Virus record (IMG/VR): IMGVR_UViG_3300028962_000002
Strand: one strand, 5' to 3'
Length of the DNA: 27,476 nt
From: a virus
Taxonomy: Duplodnaviria > Heunggongvirae > Uroviricota > Caudoviricetes
Made by a program: the position numbers and the translations under genes. The notes under the pieces were generated by a model. That model was not told the DNA's origin and searched no databases. It saw only the letters and a list, made by a program, of their open reading frames with translations. Every line of letters begins with the position of its first letter. Position 1 is the first letter of the stretch. Positions 17,581-26,159 of the stretch are shown here, piece by piece.

Positions 17581-17618
17581 TTTATACGAAACATACGCGA
17601 TTTAATTGACTTTTGCAA
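17581..17618 (-). promoter_or_regulatory. Candidate late promoter (pR'-like): -35 TTGCAA, 17-bp spacer, -10 TATGTT, then -10-like TATAAA in the initial transcribed region
   Basis: Minus-strand -35 at 17613-17618 (inside the 3' end of the Q-like gene), -10 at 17590-17595, downstream TATAAA at 17581-17586; about 70 nt before the terminator. Assignment is by analogy with lambda pR'/tR'. Confidence 0.35.
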
Positions 17619-18297
17619 TATCTCGTCGTGAAAAGGTCGCTTTTTGTTGCGCTCTTATTTTCACGGAGCAAATCAAGGATTCTCTATCGAGGCGCTTAAA
17701 AATATCGCACATCTCACGCCAGTAGTTCGCATAATTATGGCTCCAGTTATCAGGCTTAACTCCACACAGTCTGGCAAGCTCCTGTCTCTGGTAGACCTCA
17801 CACCCGGTAACCCATCCTCTGACATCCTGTGCCGCCAGCCAGATCAACTTCTTCACACGCTCCAGCGTTTTCACTGCAATTTTTCTGGAGCCGGACTGAG
17901 TTTTAAATTCACTCCACCCCCACTGCGTTATCGCGATCTGATGCTCCCAGCAAATGTTTCCGCCATAACACCACAACAACCACGCCTTCTGATGTTCTTC
18001 CAGTTCCAGAACAGCACGCCGCCACGATGATGTTGCAAACTCAACAGGACTGACCAGCGCAATTGATGAGCCTTTCGCCAGTGATTGTTTACCCTGGATC
18101 GGGGGATTATCCCGCGTGATCATTTTTCCGGTTACCTCATCGCGGTAACGAATTTTTTTGCGTCTGTAACGCCCTGTATCGAACAGGGCATTTTCCTGCC
18201 AGGCTTCCAGCTGGCATTTTGTCGACCCACTGAGATCTGCAGTGGCAATCATGAGTTGCTCACGAACAAACTGTAAATACTGGTTATTCATGCACAC
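17602..18297 (-). CDS. Putative late-gene antiterminator (Q-like), assigned by position
   Basis: 231-aa ORF directly downstream of rusA and directly upstream of the candidate late promoter, terminator and lysis genes; no sequence family recognised with certainty. Confidence 0.5.
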   Translation of the reverse strand: MCMNNQYLQFVREQLMIATADLSGSTKCQLEAWQENALFDTGRYRRKKIRYRDEVTGKMITRDNPPIQGKQSLAKGSSIALVSPVEFATSSWRRAVLELEEHQKAWLLWCYGGNICWEHQIAITQWGWSEFKTQSGSRKIAVKTLERVKKLIWLAAQDVRGWVTGCEVYQRQELARLCGVKPDNWSHNYANYWREMCDIFKRLDRESLICSVKIRAQQKATFSRRDIAKVN

Positions 18298-18652
18298 CCA
18301 CCTCTGTAATTCTTATCTCCAGCCGTCCACCAGATACTGGCTGGCCACGTACAATATTGATTTCATCAAACTGCTCATCGTCCATTAACAACCCCGCGTG
18401 CGTCAGCGCATCCAGTGGTGCTTTCAGAATATTGTCCAGGTCACGACGACGCTTATCCGGTGGCTCTGCAATAATTTTTATTGCCAGCCGTCCGGACAGG
18501 CTTAATTTCAGTCGCTGCTGGCGAACAATAAGCGCCACTGCCCGGCGATAACGCTCCCCGGCTTTTGATACAAAATATGTGCTGCCACGGCGTCGCCAGT
18601 AAGTGTTCACCGTCGGCGAGTAAGGCAAAACAAATTCTATGCGTTCGGTCAT
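18284..18652 (-). CDS. rusA: Holliday junction resolvase RusA
   Basis: 122 aa; ...PDKRRRDLDNILKAPLDALTHAGLLMDDEQ...GGRLEIRITEVG matches RusA including the DRRRRDLDN catalytic region. Confidence 0.92.
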   Translation of the reverse strand: MTERIEFVLPYSPTVNTYWRRRGSTYFVSKAGERYRRAVALIVRQQRLKLSLSGRLAIKIIAEPPDKRRRDLDNILKAPLDALTHAGLLMDDEQFDEINIVRGQPVSGGRLEIRITEVGVHE

Positions 18653-19711
18653 TTATGCTTTCCACTTCAGAACACCCGAATTTCTCGCGTGCATTAAAAA
18701 ACGAATCAGCAACAACAACTGACTACCGTGTTTTTCTTCAAAATCTTTTACCCCGGCGTGTAGTTCGTTATGGCATTTACGACACAGCGGAATAACAAAC
18801 AAATCGTCAGCCTTTGTTCCCATCCCTCCCAGTCCATGACCAATGATGTGATGCGGATCATCTGCCTGATTGCCACACGTCATGCATTTCTGCGTTTTTA
18901 CCCAGCGCGTGTATACAGGCATCTCTTCCCGTTGTGGTTTCTGGCGCTGGAGATACTGAGCCGGAGATTCCGGATCAACGGCAATGCTGACCACCGTCTT
19001 TTCCTGTGGTGGGTTCTGTTGCTGGTGGGCGTGAGGCAGCGGCGCAAGATTTTTTGTGCGCTGTTTCAGTATGCTGGTGGCGGTCTGCTCTCCCGGTACG
19101 ATGTCGCTTTCACGGTACATTGAGCGGATTTTTTCCGCACGCAACCCCAGCGAACGACGTAATACCGCTTCCGGTAGCGCGTCCGCCACCTGATTGCGGA
19201 CCGCCCACCAGGATAATTCAGCCAGCGATAATTCCCGTTCCTGCGAGCCATTCATTGCATGGCGTATGACGTCAATCATCCATGCAGACAGGTTTTGGTG
19301 AGCAAGTTGCCCGAGTGATTCGGAGGTCTGGTCGCGCAGCTGGTTGTCGCAGTGCCAGCACAACACCATTGCGCCGGTACCATAACGGTGAATGACGGTT
19401 TCACTGTGGTGATAATCGCCGTGTGGCCACTGGCAGGATTTAACATGGCGCAGTAACCAGTCAGACAATGCGCCAGCGCCACCAGCAGCACGAATCACTC
19501 GTTCGTCGCTGAAAAATGGCAGTAATGATTTATCCTCCGCCAGCGGCTGGCGAACGGCAGGAACGACCCCGGACGACAGATTACGCATGCTTTTCGGTTC
19601 CGGCTCCACCAGTACCCGGGTATTGTGGAATACCGGCATGGATTCACGGCCCGGTTTTAGCACCACCAGCCCAAGTTCCGGTACCAGAACAGGTCGAAGT
19701 AATACCCGCAC
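18653..19711 (-). CDS. DUF968-like protein (YdfU-like) with C-terminal HNH-like Cys/His motif
   Basis: 352 aa; C-terminal CMTCGNQADDPHHIIGHGLGGMGTKADDLFVIPLCRKCHNELH is a Cys/His metal-binding pattern; position next to rusA/Q as in Qin; family name from memory; start codon uncertain. Confidence 0.7.
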   Translation of the reverse strand: MRVLLRPVLVPELGLVVLKPGRESMPVFHNTRVLVEPEPKSMRNLSSGVVPAVRQPLAEDKSLLPFFSDERVIRAAGGAGALSDWLLRHVKSCQWPHGDYHHSETVIHRYGTGAMVLCWHCDNQLRDQTSESLGQLAHQNLSAWMIDVIRHAMNGSQERELSLAELSWWAVRNQVADALPEAVLRRSLGLRAEKIRSMYRESDIVPGEQTATSILKQRTKNLAPLPHAHQQQNPPQEKTVVSIAVDPESPAQYLQRQKPQREEMPVYTRWVKTQKCMTCGNQADDPHHIIGHGLGGMGTKADDLFVIPLCRKCHNELHAGVKDFEEKHGSQLLLLIRFLMHARNSGVLKWKA

Positions 19712-19712
19712 G

Positions 19713-19991
19713 TTACCTCCAGATGCGTTGCTGGAATGTGCGGGACGGACGCGGTGGCCGTTCGGAGTAAGGGAGCCTGACGGAGATTATCCAGTGACGA
19801 TAATCGAGGCTGAGGGCTTTCTTAATCTCGTATCCGTGTCTGCGGTAGCACTGAATTAGCCACTCGGCCTGTTCTTCAGTGCATGGGGGATGCTGGTACC
19901 AGTCTGACTTAAATGCATGAGAATACCGCTCGTGCGTGTGGGCAAGAACGGTCGAATTATCATGATTGTAATATTTTGCGTTGCGTGCCAT
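19713..19991 (-). CDS. Hypothetical 92-aa protein
   Basis: ORF adjacent to the DUF968 gene on the same strand in the nin-like region. Not recognised. Confidence 0.45.
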   Translation of the reverse strand: MARNAKYYNHDNSTVLAHTHERYSHAFKSDWYQHPPCTEEQAEWLIQCYRRHGYEIKKALSLDYRHWIISVRLPYSERPPRPSRTFQQRIWR

Positions 19992-20057
19992 CGGTTTTCT
20001 CCGGTGGCACGGTGTTACTCAGCGGGAGTTCAGCCCCGCGCAAGATTGTAGATGAGT

Positions 20058-20309
20058 TTATTCTTCTGAAAAAGCAGAAAAGCCAGCTTTTATTCCGATC
20101 TCTTTCAATGCCTGTAATGAAGTGACAAACTCACCGTCGTGCAAGATAAATCCGTCCGTCACTCGGGCATCCACAAAATTAATTAACGCAGCCCCATTTT
20201 TTTGCAAACACACAATGCGGTAATGGCTAACAATATTTCCATTTTCAACGCACACAGCATAGAGGCCATCTTCACAAAAAATTTTACGCAGTTCTTCGAT
20301 GTTCATCAT
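20058..20309 (-). CDS. Small hypothetical protein (Rem-like by position and size)
   Basis: 83 aa; GGAAGGA RBS before ATGATG; lies immediately before hok as rem does in Qin; identity to Rem not verified. Confidence 0.5.
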   Translation of the reverse strand: MMNIEELRKIFCEDGLYAVCVENGNIVSHYRIVCLQKNGAALINFVDARVTDGFILHDGEFVTSLQALKEIGIKAGFSAFSEE

Positions 20310-20430
20310 CAGAATCCTTCCGGATAATTAGCTCTCCCCTTTAAGGGACCATCCCTCTTATCCCTGCGCGCTACTTAAGTATTTTTGATTCTATTCCGGC
20401 ACCGTCCAGATCTTCAAACGCGTTGAAAAT

Positions 20431-20458
20431 AAAAACAAAAACCCGCCGAAGCGGGTTA
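20431..20458 (-). terminator. Intrinsic terminator downstream of hok (minus strand)
   Basis: Hairpin cccgc-ttcg-gcggg followed on the minus strand by TTTTTGTTTTT. Confidence 0.65.
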
Positions 20459-20525
20459 AGTGCGGGTGCGTTGAGGATGCCTGCCACATCAGAGGTGGCG
20501 AGGGATTTCTCCCTCGCCTGGTCTC

Positions 20526-20681
20526 TTACTCCTCAGGTTCGTAAGCTGTGAAGACAGCGACCTCCGTCTGGCCGGTTCGGATTCGTACCTCGCAGAGGTC
20601 TTTCCTCGTTACCAGTGCCGTCACTATGACGGTTAAACAGATGACGATCAGGGCGATTAACATCGCCTTTTGCTGCTTCAT
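20526..20681 (-). CDS. hokD: Hok-family membrane toxin (type I toxin-antitoxin), HokD-like
   Basis: MKQQKAMLIALIVICLTVIVTALVTRKDLCEVRIRTGQTEVAVFTAYEPEE, 51 aa, canonical Hok sequence. Confidence 0.92.
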   Translation of the reverse strand: MKQQKAMLIALIVICLTVIVTALVTRKDLCEVRIRTGQTEVAVFTAYEPEE

Positions 20682-20738
20682 AGCCTGCTTCTCCTTGCCT
20701 TTCGGCTCGTAAGAGGCTAACCTACATGTGTCTAGCAT
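20526..20738 (-). CDS. Mok-like leader reading frame: in-frame N-terminal extension of hok (70 codons)
   Basis: MLDTCRLASYEPKGKEKQA followed by the Hok sequence, resembling the chromosomal Mok leader pattern (M-L-N-T-C-R...KEKRA-MKQ). Confidence 0.6.
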   Translation of the reverse strand: MLDTCRLASYEPKGKEKQAMKQQKAMLIALIVICLTVIVTALVTRKDLCEVRIRTGQTEVAVFTAYEPEE

Positions 20739-21355
20739 GAAATTGGCCTCAGATTAATGTTAAGCGTCTTGCAGGACGCGTAATGTTAACTGGGGCTTTT
20801 CTCTATCTGCCTTTGGTGTTCATGCCCGAGGCAGATAGCCTCAAGCACCCGCAGCCATTCTACTTAACTACCGTTACCTCGCCAATATGAAATCAGTCAG
20901 AAAGGCGATCCATAAGAACAATAGCAAGACAATAAATCGCCATTACAGCCGTAATAGCCAGCGCACATTTGAGAACCAGCACCACAACCTCCTGTATTGG
21001 ACGTAGACCAGTCCTGATGAATATGAGGCTGTCTCGTCAGTGATTCAATACAACTATTGGGTATAGTTTCTCTGATTTTTTCTGTGGAAATGGGGCACAA
21101 CCACTAGTCACCACCAGCACTTCTTTTAATACGCAAAGTCCGACACAAGCTAACCTTCTAGTCCGCTTTGAGCGAAAAACAGCCATAATTTAGTGCCACG
21201 TATATAATGATAGAGCTATTCAAGCTAGCAATTCACATGTAAAAATTCAGAGGGTAGAAGCACATAGTTATAAATGTTGGCTCCATCGACAAATTGCGGT
21301 CTCAAGTACATTTATTAATGTTGCCCCCGCATTAACAAATCATCAAGGTGACGAC

Positions 21356-23143
21356 ATGGACGATATTAATATCAGCCTCGACGAACTTAACACTATTGAT
21401 TTATCCCCCTTAATCCAGAGTAAGCTGCCAGTTACCTGCTTTGATATCACAAAGTATCTTTCTAGCCTAGGTGATGGAAGAGCGGAGATAAGACTGCTAA
21501 CCCATATTTGCGGTTTTCACTTTCGTCCCGAAAATCCACAGGTACCATTTGGTCCGTGCTTTCAAAGCAGCCAAGGTAGATCTGCAATTCCGGATGACAT
21601 TAACGGGTTGTCGCTGGAGGTACTTTCTCAATTTTGCCCGACGATAGAGCTACCCGAACTTCAAGCTCGTATTGCTGATACACTTTGGGTTCGTAAAATT
21701 GGTGGAATCCGTTTTCCTTTGCTGGCAGTCCGTGCTTATTATGCGTCCAGTATAGCTATTATGACATCGCAAGGGACGTGGGTTAGTGCTTTAGAACGCC
21801 TAGAGCGTGCGCTTAGGCTGTGTTGTTTTTTTCGAAAGAATACTGATTTCAGGGATGAATTTGATCAGCTTTCGGCACATCTACTAGCAGAGTATGAACG
21901 TACCAGAGAACAAGGCGATTCACCTTATCCGCTGCGACTCCTGCAACTCGATATCGACTGTAAAGTGAGTGAGCCATCTTTTATTGCCCAGGAACTCCTG
22001 TTTCTGACAAAAAACTATCTGGCTCAAAAATTATTTTCATTTGCCGTCGATGCCTGTAAAACCGCAATCACGATTGCGAATAGGTGCTGTGACAGAGATA
22101 CACAGTTTGAATTCTGGCGGCTTCTTGCCGATACACATCTGGAAGAGTCAAAATTCCAAGATGGCGGTATGATTTCGGCAGCCTGCATGCAGAATGCTAT
22201 TGAAGCACTGGCTAATATTCCAGGAACCCGAATAGAACGTCTTGCGCTGTATGAAGAAATGCGTGATTACCAAATCGAATCCCGTCACCAGATGTCTATC
22301 CTTCAGTCTCCCCCTCAAGATATTAGTGAGATTGTCCATCAAGCCAAGAGTCGGGTAGTCGGAAGAGATATGTTTGATATGGTTTTCAGACTTGCGATGC
22401 TGGTCTGTCGGCCAACCAGCATTGAGAGACTTAAGGCTCAAGCAATAGAACAAAAGGCCAACAGCATAGCTTGGATGTTTGGATCAACACATATTGATCA
22501 TGAGGGAATGACACTTGCTCGCATACCCGCAGGATTGGGGATTGATGATGCAAATGGGGCAGTTATTTGGCCCATAATGATGACGAGAATGCGTATCGAC
22601 CATGAGTTGGCAGTAGCTGGGCAAATTATTCCTGCTACAGATGAGATCACAATGAAATATCCAATCTCGGAGGCGTTTTTTCGCGATATGTTCATCAATC
22701 ATCCCTTCATCCCGTTTGGGCATGAAGAGTTTTTCATCAAGGGTATGGTTTGCGGTTTCAATGGAGATTTTATGACGGCATGCCACGTGTTGATTCCCCA
22801 GATCGAAAATAGTCTGAGATATGTGGCTAAAATTAAAGGTGAGGAACCATCGCAGCTTCACGGGGACGGTTCGCAAGAGCGAAATGGACTCAAGGGATTA
22901 CTAGATAATCCACTGATTATTGAAGCTTTCGGCGTAGACATAATTGGCAATCTTCAGGCCTTACTGGTAGATAAAATCTATGGTGATTTACGAAATCAAC
23001 TAGCTCACGGATATGTGCCTGCCGGTTACTACAATCAACCTCCCTGCATTTTTGCATGGTGGCTTGTATTGCACATTCTAATGAACCCTACGGCGAGATA
23101 CTGGCAAGCCACTTATGGCCAAGAGAGTGAGGCTCAGACTTAA
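21356..23143 (+). CDS. Hypothetical 595-aa protein with C-terminal Rx4H (HEPN-like) motif; candidate defence/abortive-infection effector
   Basis: AAGGTGA RBS before the ATG; long clean frame; lower GC than the phage backbone; only plus-strand gene in a minus-strand block; C-terminal ...IYGDLRNQLAHGYVP contains R-N-x-x-A-H. Confidence 0.85.
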   Translation: MDDINISLDELNTIDLSPLIQSKLPVTCFDITKYLSSLGDGRAEIRLLTHICGFHFRPENPQVPFGPCFQSSQGRSAIPDDINGLSLEVLSQFCPTIELPELQARIADTLWVRKIGGIRFPLLAVRAYYASSIAIMTSQGTWVSALERLERALRLCCFFRKNTDFRDEFDQLSAHLLAEYERTREQGDSPYPLRLLQLDIDCKVSEPSFIAQELLFLTKNYLAQKLFSFAVDACKTAITIANRCCDRDTQFEFWRLLADTHLEESKFQDGGMISAACMQNAIEALANIPGTRIERLALYEEMRDYQIESRHQMSILQSPPQDISEIVHQAKSRVVGRDMFDMVFRLAMLVCRPTSIERLKAQAIEQKANSIAWMFGSTHIDHEGMTLARIPAGLGIDDANGAVIWPIMMTRMRIDHELAVAGQIIPATDEITMKYPISEAFFRDMFINHPFIPFGHEEFFIKGMVCGFNGDFMTACHVLIPQIENSLRYVAKIKGEEPSQLHGDGSQERNGLKGLLDNPLIIEAFGVDIIGNLQALLVDKIYGDLRNQLAHGYVPAGYYNQPPCIFAWWLVLHILMNPTARYWQATYGQESEAQT

Positions 23144-23361
23144 AGTGAATAAGTTTACGAAGTTGGCACTTCCGGATGCATGTCCATATGAGTTGAGGCG
23201 ATTTGGTTAATAAGGTTGAGTGCTGCTGAAATTATTCGATGTCCGCTTTTGGCACAAAGCGGACAACCACGCCAGATCTACCCTGTGCCATGAAAAATGA
23301 GAATGTCAATTCACTCCTGAACTAATGCTTTTTAATCTAGTAACGTCTAAAATACCTAACA

Positions 23362-23763
23362 TTATCCCTGATAAAATGCCAGTATGCGCTGCATAACTTC
23401 ACTCATCCGGCACTCGCGACAGATTATGTTTAGGCGACTGTCGTAGCGACGTATTTCTCCATCAGGTAACGACCAGATAAGGTCCGGATCAACCACAGCT
23501 GTTTTCTTCACCTTTGCCCTCGAGAGTTTTTTGCGGGCGTTTTGCCAGTCCTTACGCGCCTGTTCAGACGGGAATAACCCGTAGCCGGAGTTGTATACAT
23601 CGCCACTGGCTACCAGCTCTCTGGCAAGAACGCTCATCAGATATCTAGTCGCACCTGTTTTAGCTTCCAGTTGCCGTAACGTCTCACGACCGCTCTGGCG
23701 CACGAGTTCCACCACCTGCCCTTTAATTTTTTCCCGCTCTTCTTGTGTAAAAACTTTTGCCAC
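23362..23763 (-). CDS. Hypothetical 133-aa basic protein downstream of the replication gene
   Basis: GTG start with AAGGGGGA RBS; MAKVFTQEEREKIKGQVVELVRQ...; ren/nin-like position. Not recognised. Confidence 0.5.
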   Translation of the reverse strand: MAKVFTQEEREKIKGQVVELVRQSGRETLRQLEAKTGATRYLMSVLARELVASGDVYNSGYGLFPSEQARKDWQNARKKLSRAKVKKTAVVDPDLIWSLPDGEIRRYDSRLNIICRECRMSEVMQRILAFYQG

Positions 23764-23803
23764 AAGTCCCCCTTAAAATTACCTCATGACCTGAAATCAA
23801 AAC

Positions 23804-24769
23804 TTATCCTCTGAAACCAGGCGGAATTTCTGTATCCGGTTCAGAAATATGATTAACACAACGCTGTACAGGTGAACGCCCCAGGCGGATGACCAGTTCG
23901 TCCCATTTTTCGCGGAGCTTTGACGGGCTCATGATGTTTTTTACCCAGAATGGATCCCGCTGTACCCGACCAAACATTTCACAAATTTGTCTGTGGCTTC
24001 TGCCATCCAGCATCCGCATTGTGCGCACATCATTGGCCCAGACAGTCCAGTTAGGCTCTTTTGGTCGCATGATCTCGCCATCATCACTGGCGGCCTGTTC
24101 GTAGAGACCCACGATCCGCCCCCATATCCACTGCGCACACGCCAGATCCTCCTGGCTACCCCACTGGCGTTTTTTCGCACTAAACACAACTGCGCCAGGG
24201 TGCCGGATTAAAAAATCCTGTTCAGCCGTCTGCGGGTCCGGTTGCGAAGCTTCCGGACGAAAAGTGTTTTTATTCTCTGTAGTAATCTCTGTTGTATTCT
24301 CTGTAGGATCATCGGGCCATTTTGACCCGATGACATTGGGTCGTTTTGAACCAATGGAGCGTTTCATTTTGACCTCTTCCATCGTGTCATTTTGACCTGA
24401 TGGAGCGGCGCATTTTGAACCGATGGATTCGCTCAATTTGCCATCATCTAAAAGCTCGCTTCCATAGTTAATCGTGTAGAAATTGGTCATATCGCGCTTT
24501 GATTTATTGAGCTTTTCACAACGCAAAAGCCCCAGCGTTTTCAGACTTGCAAACGCGCGCTTTAACGTTGACTCTGACCAGAATGGGAACTGTTCCAGCC
24601 ATTGTTCCGTTGTGTTGTAAATCCAGCGAACACCATCACATTCCATGCCGGAATTGGTATCTCTCAACCAGTAATGCAACTGCTGCAACACAATGGCTTC
24701 ATTTAAGCCAATCTTCATCGCAAGCTGTGTGTTTATAACCAGTGGGCGTTCAGCAAAAAGAAGGCTCAT
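23804..24769 (-). CDS. Replication initiator (lambda O-like) with N-terminal HTH region and internal origin iterons
   Basis: Start taken at MSLLFAERPLVINTQLAMKIGLNEAIVLQQLHYWL; the gene contains 5 direct DNA repeats that encode a repeated IGSK peptide, as lambda ori iterons lie within O. Confidence 0.7.
   Translation of the reverse strand: MSLLFAERPLVINTQLAMKIGLNEAIVLQQLHYWLRDTNSGMECDGVRWIYNTTEQWLEQFPFWSESTLKRAFASLKTLGLLRCEKLNKSKRDMTNFYTINYGSELLDDGKLSESIGSKCAAPSGQNDTMEEVKMKRSIGSKRPNVIGSKWPDDPTENTTEITTENKNTFRPEASQPDPQTAEQDFLIRHPGAVVFSAKKRQWGSQEDLACAQWIWGRIVGLYEQAASDDGEIMRPKEPNWTVWANDVRTMRMLDGRSHRQICEMFGRVQRDPFWVKNIMSPSKLREKWDELVIRLGRSPVQRCVNHISEPDTEIPPGFRG
24317..24427. repeat. Candidate origin of replication: five direct iterons of consensus CATTTTGA(A/C)C..GATGG spaced 23-24 bp
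   Basis: ccattttgacccgatg, tcgttttgaaccaatgg, tcattttgacctc, tcattttgacctgatgg, gcattttgaaccgatgg, read directly; an AT-richer segment follows at 24431-24530. Confidence 0.65.
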
Positions 24770-25271
24770 AATTCCATCCAGCTTTTTGTTGGTATTGCTG
24801 TCGATACGCAAGTTTGAAAGCAATTGCTTTTTCTATAAGTTCGTCAGTTTCACGATCCACTACGGCAGGATCAGCAAAAAGCAGTCCGGACTCCACCACA
24901 TCGCCATATTCTTTGTTTAACCCGGCGATCATGTACGTGATGCTTTTTCCGTCACTAATTTCACGATACAACCTGAAATCATTAATCCGGATAGCCTCCA
25001 TAATTGCAGGCACTAGCGCCGTGAACTTTTCACGCTTATCCCTGGTGTCGATAGCCTTCCAGCGTTCGAATATCTTCACTCGATTAACGCCAAGCGCTCG
25101 CTGATCAACCGCGCCACCTTCATCTGTGACACGCTGAACATCGATGTTCGGGCGCTCTTTCAAAGCCCAGAATGCTTCAGTGATTAATATCGTCGCCTGC
25201 TCCTGTGTCATTCCTGGTCGACATATCCAGGCATCCAGAGCCTCACGAGCCTGTTCAGGAGTGATTTTCAT
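24750..25271 (-). CDS. YdaT-like protein (cII position, downstream of Cro-like gene)
   Basis: 173 aa; ...KREKFTALVPAIMEAI... resembles the Rac YdaT segment (...QREKIQKLIPAILAIL...) as recalled; follows the Cro-like gene as ydaT follows ydaS. Confidence 0.55.
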   Translation of the reverse strand: MKITPEQAREALDAWICRPGMTQEQATILITEAFWALKERPNIDVQRVTDEGGAVDQRALGVNRVKIFERWKAIDTRDKREKFTALVPAIMEAIRINDFRLYREISDGKSITYMIAGLNKEYGDVVESGLLFADPAVVDRETDELIEKAIAFKLAYRQQYQQKAGWNYEPSFC

Positions 25272-25482
25272 TGTTCAACCGCCCCGCCCGCTTCGTCTTA
25301 CGATATTCGTCATAAACCTTGGGATCATACAGAAGCTCGCCGCCAGATGCCTCCTGTAGACGCATCGCGCGACCTTCAGGAACCAGCTCTTGCCATTGAG
25401 AAACAGCAGATGGGTCAACGCCAGCAGCTTTCGCTACTTTGGCTTTCGTACCGTAAAAATTAATTACGTCTGATTTAAACAT
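25255..25482 (-). CDS. dicC: Cro-like regulator (DicC-like)
   Basis: Start MFKSDVINFYG with GGAGGT RBS; C-terminal ...PEGRAMRLQEASGGELLYDPKVYDEYRKTKRAGRLNNENHS; divergent from the repressor gene. Confidence 0.75.
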   Translation of the reverse strand: MFKSDVINFYGTKAKVAKAAGVDPSAVSQWQELVPEGRAMRLQEASGGELLYDPKVYDEYRKTKRAGRLNNENHS

Positions 25483-25559
25483 CGCACCTCCAGTATTGAG
25501 TTTTCTCAATGCTAATCACTCAAGGAATCTCAAGTCAAGGGTTATTAAGATATCTAAAT
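25483..25559. promoter_or_regulatory. Divergent promoter/operator region between Cro-like and repressor genes
   Basis: Perfect palindrome attgag-tttt-ctcaat at 25495-25510 and a nearby CTCAAGG-AAT-CTCAAG repeat; 77-bp intergenic region; the repressor ATG has no RBS (possibly leaderless, as lambda cI from pRM). Confidence 0.6.
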
Positions 25560-25967
25560 ATGAACGAGAAAACTTTAGGTCAACGCATTAGAGAAAGACG
25601 TAAGCAGGTAGGTTTAAGTCAAAACGGTTTAAGCAAAGCTGCTGGCGTATCTGGCTCATCAATTTCATTATGGGAAAGTGACCATACAGCCCCGCGCGGG
25701 CAAAATTTGCATCGCCTCGCCGAGGTATTGCAATGTTCACCAACCTGGATACTGTTTGGCGACGAGGACAAAACACCAGCTCCCCCTGTTTCACTCGATA
25801 GTGCCTTAGACTTATCGGAAGATGAGTTAGAGATGCTGCGTTTGTATCGCGCACTTCCTAAATCAGAGCAACAAGCACAACTCAGCGAACTCCGCGCCCG
25901 CGTTGAGAATTTTAATCGCCTGTTCACCGAGCTATTAGAGGCTCGCAAACGCAACAAGCATCAATAA
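25560..25967 (+). CDS. dicA: HTH (XRE-family) prophage repressor, DicA-like
   Basis: 135 aa from MNEKTLGQRIRERRKQVGLSQNGLSKAAGVSGSSISLWES...LAEVLQCSPTWILFGDEDK...; HTH near the N-terminus; C-terminal half matches DicA as recalled. Confidence 0.88.
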   Translation: MNEKTLGQRIRERRKQVGLSQNGLSKAAGVSGSSISLWESDHTAPRGQNLHRLAEVLQCSPTWILFGDEDKTPAPPVSLDSALDLSEDELEMLRLYRALPKSEQQAQLSELRARVENFNRLFTELLEARKRNKHQ

Positions 25968-26159
25968 TCATCCCTTCACAAAATTTTAAAGCCTTACATT
26001 TCAATGTATTGGCTTTATCTTGCGCCAATACTTGAGTTTTCTCATCAAAAAGCCTTGACGAAAAATAATGAGAAAACTAAATTACCTCCATCAACACACC
26101 GCACGGTGTTCTCAGCAAACAGTTCCGCTACCCCGGCGTTAAGGGGAAATGAGGTCAGC

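Noticed and set aside
20897-21100. 67-aa Cys/Gly-rich minus-strand ORF (microcin-like appearance)
   Set aside because: No recognisable RBS or promoter context and the composition could be chance in this spacer; kept only as a note in the intergenic finding.
23241-23264. Hairpin gtccgcttt-tggcac-aaagcggac after the 595-aa gene as its terminator
   Set aside because: Stem is clear but no U-tract follows on either strand, so it is not a confident intrinsic terminator.
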